DNA of 64,000 bases from a virus (lineage: Duplodnaviria > Caudoviricetes). Shown here one piece after another: positions 9,843 through 18,548 of the stretch. Numbering within the stretch: position 1 is the first letter of the stretch; every line of letters starts with the position of its first letter. The notes under the pieces were generated by a model, which was given only the letters and a program-made list of their open reading frames with translations, was not told the origin of the DNA and did not search any database. The translations under genes were made by a program, and so were the position numbers. The stretch lies in the IMG/VR virus record IMGVR_UViG_3300044641_007803, positions 157-64,156 of that record. The stretch is one strand, 5' to 3'.

Positions 9843-11002
9843 TATCCTACATATATTACCATTGGAACTTCTTTTAGCACTGACTGTAAAAATCCAGCCT
9901 CTTGAGACTTTCTTTCTAATTGACTTACTTTTGATGTCTTTTCTAGTATATCTCTTAAATTAGTAATTAATGCTTCTTTTTCTGATCTAGCATCTGCTAA
10001 TAAATCTTGTTGATTTAAAGTAGCTTCTGATCCAGGAACTGGTACTGTTGTGTACTTTCCTCTTACGTAGGCTAGTAATTCTTTTGCCAAAGCCAAAGCG
10101 TACTTATATATCCACTGTCTTCCTATTGGATTAATAGTTGTATAGTTTGGATTTTCATAAGGTACATTTGATATATTGGAAATAGAACTACCTACTCCTC
10201 CTGGTGTGTTGGTTGAGTCGTCTAGGGCCTGTTTATCGTTTACTTCATAGTACTCAAACCAAATGTATCCTGCAGATTTTGGTACCGGAAATAATTTTAA
10301 GGTATTGTTTACTATCTCAAAAGAGTAGGCTGATTTTCTTATTTGATCGTTAAACTCAATTGCTTGTGTTTTTAATATATCATAGGATGCTGGCATCAAT
10401 AGGAAATTTACCCCTGGTGAGAATGAACCAAAGTCAAAAGCATCCATAAGAGATTGAATACCTGTTCCTGTTCCTGCGTAAGGGTCAAAGTATCTCATAA
10501 TAGCAGGAGGTGCTTCATAGAATACTCTTTGGATTTGTATTCTTCCTTGAATACCCTCATCAATAGCCCATTGATTTAGATCGTAGCCTTGTTGGTTTGC
10601 ATTTACTGCAATTGATCCTGTATGCTTTGTTACATTTCCTCCTACCCCTGCTTCAGTACCGTATCCTGCAGATATTCTAATCATATTCTGCAAAGAAGGA
10701 GTGAGTACTGCTTCATTTAATACTGTAGAGGTTGAACCTCCTTCAAGTGATAAATAATTTTGTACAGCTTGTGCTTGGTATACTTCATTTCCATAAGTGG
10801 TAACGGCTTCTTCAAAGCAAGCAAAAAATGATCCTGAGTTTAGTTCAACATCCATTAAAGGATATCCTAAACGTATAGCACAGAAGTTAGCTACTTTTGG
10901 TGCTTCGTCTTGAAAATCTAAATCATCATCATAAAATCCAAATGGGGTTGATTGTCCTGCTATAAATGTTGCTGTTCCATCCCATATTTTTATATTAGCC
11001 AT
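9842..11002 (-). CDS. Neck protein (T4 gp13-like head completion)
   Basis: RLGYPLMDVEL near N-terminus; WIYKYALALAKELL..VRGKY..VP...TLN..L...A..EK near C-terminus. Confidence 0.7.
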   Translation of the reverse strand: MANIKIWDGTATFIAGQSTPFGFYDDDLDFQDEAPKVANFCAIRLGYPLMDVELNSGSFFACFEEAVTTYGNEVYQAQAVQNYLSLEGGSTSTVLNEAVLTPSLQNMIRISAGYGTEAGVGGNVTKHTGSIAVNANQQGYDLNQWAIDEGIQGRIQIQRVFYEAPPAIMRYFDPYAGTGTGIQSLMDAFDFGSFSPGVNFLLMPASYDILKTQAIEFNDQIRKSAYSFEIVNNTLKLFPVPKSAGYIWFEYYEVNDKQALDDSTNTPGGVGSSISNISNVPYENPNYTTINPIGRQWIYKYALALAKELLAYVRGKYTTVPVPGSEATLNQQDLLADARSEKEALITNLRDILEKTSKVSQLERKSQEAGFLQSVLKEVPMVIYVG

Positions 11003-11012
11003 TTAATATTTT

Positions 11013-11435
11013 TTACGTAGTTACTATTAAATACCCTATTTTTGCATTTGATCCTGAAGGCTGTACTTTTATTGATTTTATGTTATCGTACGTAAAGTTA
11101 GTTAAACTTCCTGTCATAAGTCCTGTACTTAGGAAAAATGTACCCCCTCCGCTTATTAGTAAATTTACAGTACTAGTAGAAGAAGATATTTGTAGGTTTA
11201 CATTTGAACCTGTAGACATATTGGTAATTCTAGCATACTGTAGGCTACTAGAAACAAAGGTCCCTGCTCCTGGTAAATTGTTTAAGTTAAACAACTCAGT
11301 AAGACTACTTGAAGGTACGTTTACTATTCTTTCATCTATGTATTCTATATTAGGAATAGTATGGGAGTAGGAAGTACCTCTTTCCTTACCTTCAATTTTA
11401 ACTCTTTCTCTTATAAAGTACGTAAAGTCTGCCAT
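11013..11435 (-). CDS. Hypothetical virion protein
   Basis: 140 aa beta-rich ORF, YARITN motif, late-promoter motif upstream. Confidence 0.55.
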   Translation of the reverse strand: MADFTYFIRERVKIEGKERGTSYSHTIPNIEYIDERIVNVPSSSLTELFNLNNLPGAGTFVSSSLQYARITNMSTGSNVNLQISSSTSTVNLLISGGGTFFLSTGLMTGSLTNFTYDNIKSIKVQPSGSNAKIGYLIVTT

Positions 11436-11470
11436 CTGAATTAGTTTTATTTATAAATAGTAGTTTTTTA

Positions 11471-12157
11471 TCAATCTCTAAAGTCTTGATACACCTTTAG
11501 GATAGGTGCTACGATCTCATGTCTGTGGTTGGCTTTTAGAGCAAATACTCTAAATCCATTTACTTGTTCCTCCACTCTTGTAAGAAATGAAAACCCTGTT
11601 TCCTTTTTTACTTTTAAATCTATTTGAGCTAAATCTCCACATATTACCATTTTAGATCCTTTACCTAATCTTCCTAGTACTGTTTCCATTTGGTCTTGAG
11701 TAACGTTTTGTGCCTCATCTACTATTACAAAAGAGTTGACAAATGTTCTACCTCTCATAAATGCAAATGGCACAATCTCAATATTACCATACTCTAATTC
11801 TTTATCTACTTTTTCTTTTCCATAAAGCATATATAGGTTATGATAAATTGGTGCCAACCAAGGATCCATCTTTTCTTTAAGATCTCCTGGTAGAAACCCT
11901 AATTCTTCTTTAGCAACGGTAGGTCTTGTTATTACAATCTTTTCTACTTCTTTACAAAATAACATATCGAGTGCTGCCTGGACTGCTACTAAGGTTTTTC
12001 CTGAACCTGCCATTCCTTTTAAAACGACTACTGGGTTTTCTACGATAAGTGCTTTTGCTAATTTTTGTTCTTCATTAAGTTGGAGTTGGAACTTAATTGG
12101 GTTTTTTGGTTTGCGTTTAGGAACGTAAACTTCATCGGTATGATGGTTTGAAGCCAT
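11471..12157 (-). CDS. phoH: PhoH family ATPase (start likely 12157, MASNHH)
   Basis: GMAGSGKT Walker A, ITRP, GFLPG, FMRGRTF, DEAQN, GDLAQID, HRH. Confidence 0.95.
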   Translation of the reverse strand: MASNHHTDEVYVPKRKPKNPIKFQLQLNEEQKLAKALIVENPVVVLKGMAGSGKTLVAVQAALDMLFCKEVEKIVITRPTVAKEELGFLPGDLKEKMDPWLAPIYHNLYMLYGKEKVDKELEYGNIEIVPFAFMRGRTFVNSFVIVDEAQNVTQDQMETVLGRLGKGSKMVICGDLAQIDLKVKKETGFSFLTRVEEQVNGFRVFALKANHRHEIVAPILKVYQDFRD

Positions 12158-12204
12158 AAATATAAACTGTATTTGTTTATAATAAATATACAAAACTTTC
12201 TTAT

Positions 12205-12230
12205 AAAAAAAAAGAGAGCCGAAGCTCTCT
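12205..12230 (-). terminator. Rho-independent terminator after major capsid gene
   Basis: Minus strand AGAGAGC-TTCG-GCTCTCT followed by T run. Confidence 0.9.
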
Positions 12231-12252
12231 TATTTATTTAATCTAAAGTAAA

Positions 12253-13887
12253 TTAGATAGTAGTGATATCACTAATAAAGATTTTACCGTAGAATTCTGG
12301 TCTGATCATTTTCTTAGCGTAACGAGTCATGATACCTTTTCTTGGAGTGAAGGTAACTGGATCGTATACTAATGGAGTCATGATTAATGGAATGTATGGA
12401 GCATAAACTGCACCTGTTTCCAAGAATTGAGATCCTCTGTAACCCATTAAGATTACGTTTTCAGTCATGTAAGGGTTTTTGTAAACTCTGAAACGAGAAT
12501 TCAAGTTACCTACTTTCTGAACTCCCATTGCGAAGTCCATTTTATCACCATTTGTATCTGCTGCATATCCAGGGATTGATTCTAAGATTGTAGCTACAGT
12601 TGGAGAAACTACTAAGAAGTTAGCTCCACCTCTTAATGTTTTTTGGTGAATTTTGTTAGATACTTTTTGTACTTTAGTACCTAAAGTTCCAAACCATTGA
12701 CCTTGAGTGTTGTAGAAGTCTGTTGAAGCAGCTGTTCCTGAAGACCAAGCTGTTCCTGTCCATACTTTGTTGTTTCTAGCTGACCATCTTTCAGTTGTAG
12801 CTGCATCTTGGATTAGCATATCCATTAATTCTAAGTCAATCTCCATAGAGATGTATTCAGATAATAATGAAGTTAATTCTGCTTCAGCATCAATTGAATG
12901 GTAAGCGTTTAAATCTTGTGCGAACTCTGGAGTCCATTGTGCTTTTAATTTTCTTGTTTTAGCAACGATTGCTTCAGAAGCAAGGGTAACGTTGATTTCA
13001 GGAATAGAAATTGGAGCGTTAGTAGTTGTGTTATCCTCGAAATCACCTCTTGATGTATCAGTTGGTTGTTTTTGGAATCTAACTGTTGGTGAGAATGATC
13101 CAGTTGTTACTGCTGCAATACTGTTTGCTGTATCACCAGCTTTTGCTACTACGAATACAATGTTACCACCTGAGATAGTAGTGAACTCTGGGTTAGTTGT
13201 TACGTTAACTGGGGTAGATCCAGATAATAATCTAAAAGCTCTGATTCCTTTAGTATCAAGTCCTGATAATGAAGAAGTTGCTAAACTTACTGTAAAGTAG
13301 TTGTTTGGATCTAGGTCTGCGTTATAACCAATAGATGCTGTAGAAGCTGATCCTGATGAAGTTAACCCGTAGCTAAATGATGCAGAGTTGATTGAGTAAC
13401 CAAACTGACCTGCTCCGTATAGACCACCTGCTACTTCTTCGTCAACTCCCATTTTATCGTTAGCTGTAGATACGTTACCGTAAATGTTTTCGTTAGCTGC
13501 TCTACCGTTCGTTGCTGTTCCGTATTTAAAGTCTAAATAAAATACAAGTCCTGAAGGTAAGTTCATTGGTTGTACAGAAACGAAGTCTTTAGCTGCGATT
13601 TGAGCAAATACTTTTCTTACTAGTGGTAAAGCAACACCTGCCCATTGTTCAGCACCACCTGCTGCATTTCCTGAAGTTGTTCCCATATTTCCAGCACCTG
13701 TTTGAGATACTTCAGATACGATTTGTTTTGCTTGATTCTCAAGAATCATAGCCATGTTGTTTCTTTCGATTTCGTTAGAAATTCCTTCTAACAAACCTGA
13801 TTTGGCCCATTTACCAGACAAACGAGCTGCATCAGCTTGTAAAGTCTTATAGTTATTTGAACCTTCGAATAATTGATTTAATTCCAT
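12253..13887 (-). CDS. gp23: Major capsid protein (T4 gp23-like)
   Basis: VSVQPMNLPSGLVFYLDF, AKTRKLKAQWTPEFAQDLNAYH, DAEAEL, YAPYIPL, FTPRKGIMTRY. Confidence 0.95.
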   Translation of the reverse strand: MELNQLFEGSNNYKTLQADAARLSGKWAKSGLLEGISNEIERNNMAMILENQAKQIVSEVSQTGAGNMGTTSGNAAGGAEQWAGVALPLVRKVFAQIAAKDFVSVQPMNLPSGLVFYLDFKYGTATNGRAANENIYGNVSTANDKMGVDEEVAGGLYGAGQFGYSINSASFSYGLTSSGSASTASIGYNADLDPNNYFTVSLATSSLSGLDTKGIRAFRLLSGSTPVNVTTNPEFTTISGGNIVFVVAKAGDTANSIAAVTTGSFSPTVRFQKQPTDTSRGDFEDNTTTNAPISIPEINVTLASEAIVAKTRKLKAQWTPEFAQDLNAYHSIDAEAELTSLLSEYISMEIDLELMDMLIQDAATTERWSARNNKVWTGTAWSSGTAASTDFYNTQGQWFGTLGTKVQKVSNKIHQKTLRGGANFLVVSPTVATILESIPGYAADTNGDKMDFAMGVQKVGNLNSRFRVYKNPYMTENVILMGYRGSQFLETGAVYAPYIPLIMTPLVYDPVTFTPRKGIMTRYAKKMIRPEFYGKIFISDITTI

Positions 13888-13912
13888 TTGGTTGTTTTTT
13901 GTTTTTTTATTT

Positions 13913-15388
13913 TTATGATTTAATGATTCCTGCTAACTTCTGCCATCTAGCTACTTGCTCAGATACTTCTGATAAGATTTCTTTTGGTGCAGTTGTTTGT
14001 GCGTTCCCTGTTGCTTTTGAAGCAAAAGATCTGTGCTCTTTAATTGTAGCTGGTTTAGTAACTACATTTTTAGAAACTGTTTCGAAAACTAATTTTACTT
14101 CTTTAACTGTCTCTGCTTTATCAAAAGCTGCGATAACGTTTACTTTTTGACCTTCAGATAAGTTGTTTGATTTGAATACTTTATTTACATAAAGTAATTT
14201 TGCATTTAAAAGGTTAACTTCTTGAAGTTGATTTCTTAAAATTTTAACTGCTTTTAAAGCTTCGTTTAATTCTTCAGATTCTTCAGATACTTGTGTTGAC
14301 TTTGCTGCTGCTGAACCTACATCGGATAATTTATCTCCAATTTGTTTTCCTTTTTCACCGAAAACACCGTCTTTAGCCATTTGATGTATTTTAGCACCAA
14401 TAGCGCTTAATCCTGTGATTCCTACTGCTCCAAAAACTCCTAAAAGCATTTGAGCTGTACTGTTTGTTAAGAATGGGAACATTTGAATAAGTTCGTAGAT
14501 AATATCGATGTTTTCATCCATCTTATCTGACTCGTGATTCATCTCTTTCATATCTTTCATACCTTTCATACCTTCTTCAACTCCTTCTCTGTTTTGAGTA
14601 GCTTTAGCTGCTGCTCCTCCGGCTGCTTGTAATTTTTCAGCAAAAGATTTAGCTGCACCTCCGAATTTTCCTTCTAGGGCCATATCCATTACTTTAGCAG
14701 TAATTGCAGCAATTCCTGTAAGACCTGCTGCGCCAAGTGCTCCTATAACTAATGATGCGGTTTGCATGGTTAAGAATGGAAACATTTCAACAAGTTGTTT
14801 AGCTCCTTCGATATACTCCGGTCCTATTTCGTTTAATTCACCTTCTTCCATTTTCTTTTTACTATTATCCATTTCGTCTAATTCGGCTAATAGTTCGTTA
14901 ATATCGATCTCTTCTGAATCACCATCCATACTTACCATATCTTCTTCTCCTTCTGGAGCTTCTTCACCTGGTAACTCTTCTTCTGATTCGTCATGACCTA
15001 CTTCTTGAGCAACGATGTCTCTGATAAGGTCTTTTAAATCTTCAACAGACATGTCTTCAATTTCCAATTCCTCTTCTTCTCCTTCTTCGTTACCTTCTTC
15101 TTTTTCAGCTCCTTCTTCTTCTTCTGCTTCTTCCTCTTCTTCTTCTGCTTCAGATAGTCTGGCATCTTCTCCATCAACTTTTCCGTCTCCGTTTAAGTCT
15201 CTGTCGTTGTGCTCCATTCCGTATTCATCAATCTCATCCTCTTCCATTTCTTGTAGCTTTTGAGCAAGCATTTCTTTTAGGTGTGGAGTCAATGTTTCTT
15301 CTAAAGCTTCTTTAGCATTTGCAATTGCAGCTTCACGAATAGTTTTCGCTTCAGCAATAGCTTGCTTTAATAAATCTTTGTTTGACAT
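13913..15388 (-). CDS. Prohead core/scaffold protein with duplicated internal insert
   Basis: Immediately upstream of capsid; very acidic; N-terminal AIAEAK..AIANAK.ALEE and C-terminal EVNLLNAKLLY..RWQKLAGI. Confidence 0.75.
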   Translation of the reverse strand: MSNKDLLKQAIAEAKTIREAAIANAKEALEETLTPHLKEMLAQKLQEMEEDEIDEYGMEHNDRDLNGDGKVDGEDARLSEAEEEEEEAEEEEGAEKEEGNEEGEEEELEIEDMSVEDLKDLIRDIVAQEVGHDESEEELPGEEAPEGEEDMVSMDGDSEEIDINELLAELDEMDNSKKKMEEGELNEIGPEYIEGAKQLVEMFPFLTMQTASLVIGALGAAGLTGIAAITAKVMDMALEGKFGGAAKSFAEKLQAAGGAAAKATQNREGVEEGMKGMKDMKEMNHESDKMDENIDIIYELIQMFPFLTNSTAQMLLGVFGAVGITGLSAIGAKIHQMAKDGVFGEKGKQIGDKLSDVGSAAAKSTQVSEESEELNEALKAVKILRNQLQEVNLLNAKLLYVNKVFKSNNLSEGQKVNVIAAFDKAETVKEVKLVFETVSKNVVTKPATIKEHRSFASKATGNAQTTAPKEILSEVSEQVARWQKLAGIIKS

Positions 15389-15512
15389 AATTTGTGTTTT
15401 TGATTGTCGTACGCTTATTGAGTAGTAGCGTAATAGTGTTTTACTTTTTAAGTAGATATCACATAAGGATCGTGATATATTCTTAAATAAATATATACTG
15501 TTTTACAAAACA

Positions 15513-15541
15513 TAAAAAACCCACCTTTATGGGGTGGGCTG
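15513..15541 (-). terminator. Rho-independent terminator (near-identical copy at 22047..22075)
   Basis: Minus strand AGCCCACC-CCATAAA-GGTGGGT-TTTT. Confidence 0.8.
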
Positions 15542-15545
15542 TGTT

Positions 15546-15770
15546 TTATTTTAAAAGACTTGCTACGTAATCTAATATGTCTTGTTTTGCTTGAGGAATA
15601 TCTTCTGGCTCTGTTGCTCGTCCGTTTTTCCACTCTTCCCAAGTTGATTGAAGCAACTCTATTGCTTGGTCAAAATTAGGTCCCATTACCTCTACATATC
15701 CTCCATTTTCTTTAACCATAGATTCTTTTAAGAACTTTCCTTGCCAGTTATGTATATTGAAATCGTTCAT
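15546..15770 (-). CDS. Small hypothetical head-region protein
   Basis: 74 aa; N-terminus MNDFNIHNWQGKFLKE resembles the FDLKKFLVE leader. Confidence 0.6.
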   Translation of the reverse strand: MNDFNIHNWQGKFLKESMVKENGGYVEVMGPNFDQAIELLQSTWEEWKNGRATEPEDIPQAKQDILDYVASLLK

Positions 15771-16351
15771 TATGCTCTTAGTATATTGTTAATAATAGAA
15801 TCCAATCTATCGTATTTTCCTACTGCTTGTTTTTGTTCATTTAATGAAATTGGATTCATAAAAGCTCCTTGTGTAGAAGGATTAGAAACGAAATCCCAAC
15901 ATACTAATTCAAAGTCTGGTTGAACCATTAAAGTTCCTTCGTTTGTTTGTGTTACTGATCCTGTTCCTCTTGATGATATTCCTATTGTATGTCCTCCTCT
16001 TAGTATTTCTTTTACGATATTTCCTGAAGGTGTGTTTAGTAGTTCTACTTTACCCATTAAGTCATCTCCATCCCACCATAAGTCTTTTACAACGTGTGAT
16101 GCATTTTTCAAAGATACAATTGCTGATTCTGGATGATCTAATTCTCCGTAAGCGTTTCCAACTTTAACGAAATTTTCTACATACTCTCTTACTTGATCTT
16201 CAAGTATTTCTCTTTTGTAAATTCTTCCGTTTTGGTTCTTAGCTCCTGCTCTTTGCATAATACCTGTTACCTCAAAAACACCTGGTTTGGTTTTTGATTC
16301 GGTAAGAAGTCCTTTGAAAGGAGTTACGTTTATTAATAATGGATTGTTCAT
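15770..16351 (-). CDS. gp21: Prohead core protein protease (T4 gp21-like)
   Basis: NQNGRIY, GELDHP, SH, TPSGNI, GISSRGTGS, DFVSNPS motifs. Confidence 0.93.
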   Translation of the reverse strand: MNNPLLINVTPFKGLLTESKTKPGVFEVTGIMQRAGAKNQNGRIYKREILEDQVREYVENFVKVGNAYGELDHPESAIVSLKNASHVVKDLWWDGDDLMGKVELLNTPSGNIVKEILRGGHTIGISSRGTGSVTQTNEGTLMVQPDFELVCWDFVSNPSTQGAFMNPISLNEQKQAVGKYDRLDSIINNILRA

Positions 16352-17433
16352 TATATTAAATCTTTTAATGATTTTGATTCAAAAAGATTATCTAAAGCAT
16401 CTCTAGTACCTTCAAAGCCAGGAATTTCTGGAGTTGCTTTTTGCAAAGCTCCTGCTTTTGCTCTGTCAATTAAAGATAGTAAATGTTTGTGTTTAATATC
16501 TTGTGTAGTAGATGCTTGTACTTTAGCTTGCTTGTGTAATCTTTCAAATTTAGCAGGGTCAGTTTCGTGCATAAGCATTAACTTAGCTACCATATTTTTA
16601 TCTGCTTCTGTATCTGTAGCTTCGTCTAAGTCTCCGTCAATAAAAGGATCTGAGAAGTTTTCATCACCGTAGTCAATATCGTCTTCACCTCTTGTGCTGT
16701 TAAAGATGTGCTCTAATTCTGCTATATCGTCTACTGGTCCGTGCTCAGCTTCTACTGCTTGTACAAACTGTTCAAAGCTATCAGACTCTTGAGCTAATAA
16801 ATAAACATCTCCCATTGCAGATTCGTCCATATCATCCTCTCCATACATTTCGTATACTTCCTCTTCTTTGTAACTTTCAACATCCATTACCTCTTCAGAT
16901 AATACTTTTTTGATAAGTTTCTTAAAGCCTTCTTTTAATTCAGCTTTCTTCATACCGTTAAAAGTATCTACAGTATTCTTTGCTGTTGCTGGAGTCATTT
17001 GATCGTGTTGATCTACTTTTGGATTAACACCTGCTACTTGGTTTGTATAGAAGATTGAATCTTTTGCTAAATTTTTAGATACTTTTGCTAATGCTTTTGA
17101 ATATTCTTCTGCTGTCGGTGTACCGAAAACTCCTGCTACCTCCAACTCAACTCTAATTCCTCTAAGGATTTGTTCGTATGGATACTTATCCATTTCGTTA
17201 GTTGGTTTATATCTATAATCTGCTAATCCTTTCTTTGTTGCTTTTGGTTGTTTAGCTTCTTCAACTTTAGCCTCTTGGATCATTCCTTTGTTTTTAAGGA
17301 TCTGAACTGCATCATCGTACCCGTTGAAGCGAGTAACTAGTTGTGGTTGTTGCATTCTAGCTTCAGCTAAGAAATGATCCTTAGAGAATTTCCCTTCTTG
17401 AATTGCATTATATTTTTCTTGTAGTGTTCTCAT
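16351..17433 (-). CDS. Acidic hypothetical head-associated protein (start likely 17433, MRTLQEKY)
   Basis: Between portal and protease; GIRVELE...KNLAKDSIFYT; many [ILM]-x-E motifs. Confidence 0.6.
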   Translation of the reverse strand: MRTLQEKYNAIQEGKFSKDHFLAEARMQQPQLVTRFNGYDDAVQILKNKGMIQEAKVEEAKQPKATKKGLADYRYKPTNEMDKYPYEQILRGIRVELEVAGVFGTPTAEEYSKALAKVSKNLAKDSIFYTNQVAGVNPKVDQHDQMTPATAKNTVDTFNGMKKAELKEGFKKLIKKVLSEEVMDVESYKEEEVYEMYGEDDMDESAMGDVYLLAQESDSFEQFVQAVEAEHGPVDDIAELEHIFNSTRGEDDIDYGDENFSDPFIDGDLDEATDTEADKNMVAKLMLMHETDPAKFERLHKQAKVQASTTQDIKHKHLLSLIDRAKAGALQKATPEIPGFEGTRDALDNLFESKSLKDLI

Positions 17434-17434
17434 G

Positions 17435-17668
17435 TTATTTATTTTCATCTAAGTAGTCAAACATTTTTGTGTGTGAAGGACGTTTTGGTCTTTCAACTGT
17501 TTTGTAACCTAATTTTTCTGTTGCTTTAGTAGCTGTATTTTTACCTTGTCCTTTTTTAGCAAAAGCATTTGGTGTTTGAGGTGATCCTTCTCCGCCACTT
17601 ATTGCTCCAGTTGTACTCATTTCCTGTAATACTTCCTGTACCGCTTTTACTATCTGTGATCTTTTCAT
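17435..17668 (-). CDS. Small hypothetical protein with MKRSQI..VQEVLQE leader
   Basis: 77 aa; EMSTTGA...TPNAF. Confidence 0.6.
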   Translation of the reverse strand: MKRSQIVKAVQEVLQEMSTTGAISGGEGSPQTPNAFAKKGQGKNTATKATEKLGYKTVERPKRPSHTKMFDYLDENK

Positions 17669-18519
17669 AGTTTTTTTAATTCATTTACTAGGTCATAGTA
17701 TTGCATTAATGAAACTAAATGATTGTCATCTACTTTTTGTGTATTTTTTACAGGAACAATTGCTTTTTGAATTTCTTCTAATTTAATTTTTACTACTTTA
17801 TCGGTAATATTGTTTTTTAATTTAGAAATCTGTGTTTGCAATTTTACCATTTCCTCGTTTACTACATTTCTTAATCTTGTAGAAGAGTTAACTGATACGA
17901 TAAATTCTTTTAAAATGTTCTTTTGTTCTGGAAGTAGATCTTTGTATTGGTTGTTGAATTTTTCTAACAATATTTTATACGTTAAAAGTCTTAAATCTTT
18001 ATCGTATTTTGAATATTCTTCAATTAAAGCATTCTTTACTTGCCCATCTGCACTTTTACTTTGAGTTAAATGCTCAAGTATTGTAGTTTTGTTATCAACA
18101 AATACATCTAAGTCTACTAAACCTGCTGTATTCTGTGCTTCCATCAAACAGTAAAGTGCTGCTAATGGCTTATATGATTCTACTTTAATAGAGAAAAATT
18201 CCTCTAAGTCGTAATGGCTTTTAAGTTCTTTTATTAACTCGTACTTTTGCTTACTAAGAGATTTTGCATCAAGCTTTCTTGAAATCTCTACAATAGTGCT
18301 AAGAATCGATTCTGCTTTTTTAGGACCAACGCCTTTATTTTTTAGTACAAAATCATATAATTTAAACTCTCTTACTAGTGTTGTATTTCCTGTATAGAAT
18401 TTTCTTAGTACTGTCAAAGCTGGGGAGTCTCTTTTAGATAAAGTGTCCGCTGCTATTTGCTTTACTAATAGTTCAAATATTAAGCCTGTGTTTTTATACT
18501 TGCTATGTTTAATACGCAT
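17665..18519 (-). CDS. Conserved-type hypothetical head-region protein
   Basis: IKHSKYKNTGLIFELLVKQI; directly downstream of portal. Confidence 0.65.
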   Translation of the reverse strand: MRIKHSKYKNTGLIFELLVKQIAADTLSKRDSPALTVLRKFYTGNTTLVREFKLYDFVLKNKGVGPKKAESILSTIVEISRKLDAKSLSKQKYELIKELKSHYDLEEFFSIKVESYKPLAALYCLMEAQNTAGLVDLDVFVDNKTTILEHLTQSKSADGQVKNALIEEYSKYDKDLRLLTYKILLEKFNNQYKDLLPEQKNILKEFIVSVNSSTRLRNVVNEEMVKLQTQISKLKNNITDKVVKIKLEEIQKAIVPVKNTQKVDDNHLVSLMQYYDLVNELKKL

Positions 18520-18548
18520 TTTAGGTATGTCTTTGTTATAAATAGCTT

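Noticed and set aside
15448-15642. 64 aa minus-strand ORF
   Set aside because: Overlaps 15546..15770 and runs through a terminator and promoter motif
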